Assembly: GCA_964035545.1 (NCBI GenBank)
Contig: OZ037767.1
Span: forward strand, 1,871,680-1,935,679
From: Bugula neritina
Taxonomy: Eukaryota > Animalia > Bryozoa
DNA length: 64,000 nucleotides
Direction of reading: 5' to 3'
The notes under the pieces are model-generated. The model did not search any database. It saw nothing but the letters and a program-made list of their open reading frames with translations, and had not been told where the DNA came from. The position numbers and the translations under genes are program-made. This document shows, piece by piece, positions 62,001 through 64,000 of the stretch (within the stretch, counting starts at the first letter, position 1; the number at the start of each line of letters is the position of its first letter).

Positions 62001-63420
62001 CATACAGTATATTATATCATACAGTGTATTATATCATACAGTATATTATACAGTATATTGTATCATACAGTATACTATATCATACAGTATATTATATCAT
62101 ACAGTATACTATATCATACAGTATATTGTATCATACAGTATACTATATCATACAGTATATTATATCATACAGTATATTATTTTATAGCAAATTATTTCTG
62201 TCATTGCAGGTAAAAAGTTGACAGCTGACCAGTTCCTTTCTCATTTACCTGCATCGGTGATAAGAAGAGGCAAAGTAATTGATATCAGGAGCTCACTAAC
62301 TGACACACTGAAAGGCCAGGAGAGGGAGGTTTGCCCCGTTACCGTGGTACACACTGAAACAATGCAAGAGATCAAGGACAGGTAAAAACTATATCTATAT
62401 AATAATTGAGCTCTTCTAATAGATTAATTATAATACTTGTGGTTAGTTCTTCAATACTAGTAGATATTCTGTCAGCTTTTTCTGTGTGATATGTTGTTTT
62501 ATAGCATTGTCGATATGCAAGCTTTTAGAGAAAAAGCTACAGATAGATTTTGGTGTAATAGCTAGTGCTTTTTTAGTGATCTGAAATCACTATTTATATT
62601 ATACTACCCAATCGTATAACATGCATTGTATTTAGTTAATGCATTCATTGCAATCCTATATTATATATACTCATAAAAATTGACACTATTAATTTTAAAG
62701 ATAGATGCGTTGTGTTTTAGATTCTAGATTTTTCTCTCAATTGGTTCTAAATTTTTGGTATATAGTTTTGTATATATTGAAGTTACATTAAAAACATATT
62801 AGAGACTCATCATAGCAAATTATTTTTGCTTTGGAAGTTTTTTCAAGTCATTCTCTAAAGGGGAGTTAAAACAGCCCCTTCAAAACAAATTAAACTGATT
62901 CTAACAGTATTAGGCTATTCAATTGGTTCACAGGCTAGATATAGATGAGAGCGTTAGACCACCGTCTGGTAGAAACATCACAACTCTCAGAATTAAAGAC
63001 ATAAACAATCATACTTACGTTCTGAAGATGAAATTCTCTGATACTATTGGTGATGTAATGTCTTATATCAATGATCTTAGGTAAGACTTTCCACCAATCA
63101 GGTATCAGCTACTATCAACTATTGTGTTCATACACTGCATATTGACCAATCAGGTATCAGCTTTGTTGAAAGCTACAAGTTAGCTACTCAGAAAGCAAAT
63201 AAATAGTTATTTATTCGATTTTTAGTCATTTTTACTATAGAATTTAAATTTGAAATTATTTTAGCAGTTTTTGTTATGCATTGTTCAAAGGGATTCATCC
63301 AGCTATGAATACAGACTAGTGTCAACGTTCCCTAGTAAAGTTTACGAAGATTTCACTGAAAGTTTATTCACTGCTGGACTGACACCGAACGCATCACTAC
63401 ACATTAGAATCTGCAAGTGA
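59036..63420 (+). CDS. UBXN11: UBX domain-containing protein 11 (coiled coil + SEP + UBX), p97/VCP adaptor family
   Basis: N-terminus MSSPISSLKK, FLLDYGMVWVG, IDFDKILENIKELNVLAGEG, SEP core LYQNGIVMFDGPFRSY..DGYFPTELQTRYPDGVPF, UBX LKMKFSDTIGDV..STFP..GLTPNASLH. GT-AG junctions. Confidence 0.92.
61816..62180. repeat. TATCATACAGTATATTA-type minisatellite filling a UBXN11 intron (61801-62209)
   Basis: Direct reading. Confidence 0.94.
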
Positions 63421-64000
63421 CACGACTACAACTCCATACAACTAGCTGTTAGCAGACTCACCAGTATCAATATTAGATTATCAGTTCCTCTGTAGTCAAG
63501 TCTATTCAAGTGTAAATTGGTAAATCTGATGCACAGAGTTTGGCTAAGTGATATTATTTTATCCGTCCACAAAGATGATATTGTTTTTGCAATAAAATAT
63601 GTAAGAAAATTGATATTTTATAAATGCAGCTGCTAACAACTAAAACATATCTTATCTTCATTTAACATAGTAACTATGACTGTTGGCTACTGGTTGTTAT
63701 TTTTACTAATTTGAATTGCCTGTACTTTGAGTCGCTTTCATCATTATAACTATAAATGATTAGTGTTCCTTTACATTGTGATAGCATTCCGAGATCCTGG
63801 GGGAGGGGGGGGGTAAGCATTTCTGCGGTTTTTTCTCCTAAAGATGTTACAGTAAATAAATGTTGTTAATATTATGTTGCAGCAACAAGATTTCACATAA
63901 ATAGTCCTCACAATTTTTTGTTAAATTTCAATAAATTATATTTTAATAAATTTGTTATAGAATAAAAAATAACAATAGATATAAAATAAAAGTATAATAG

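Overview
AT-rich, intron-dense animal (probably invertebrate) genomic DNA; the species cannot be fixed from sequence alone. I spliced by hand seven protein-coding loci: two tandem-duplicated orphan class A GPCRs (+), kinesin light chain (-), eIF5 (+, with a poor-context overlapping uORF), an unnamed type I membrane receptor (signal peptide, 2 FN3-like, sushi-like, TM, ITIM-like tail; +), THADA/Trm732 (-) and UBXN11 (+, SEP+UBX). KLC/eIF5 and THADA/UBXN11 are head-to-head pairs. Non-autonomous DNA transposons of four types have readable TIRs and TSDs: two CAC...GTG elements, a TTA-TSD MITE that displaced a GPCR stop codon, and a deleted hAT carrying two nested 9-bp-TSD MITEs. The most unusual signal is that many introns carry private tandem repeats anchored at, or spanning, a splice site. 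These produce arrays of duplicated donors, acceptors and branch-point-like motifs, and some introns are almost entirely repeat. Most long ORFs in the supplied track are artefacts of these repeats. Coordinates were counted by eye and may be off by a few bases.
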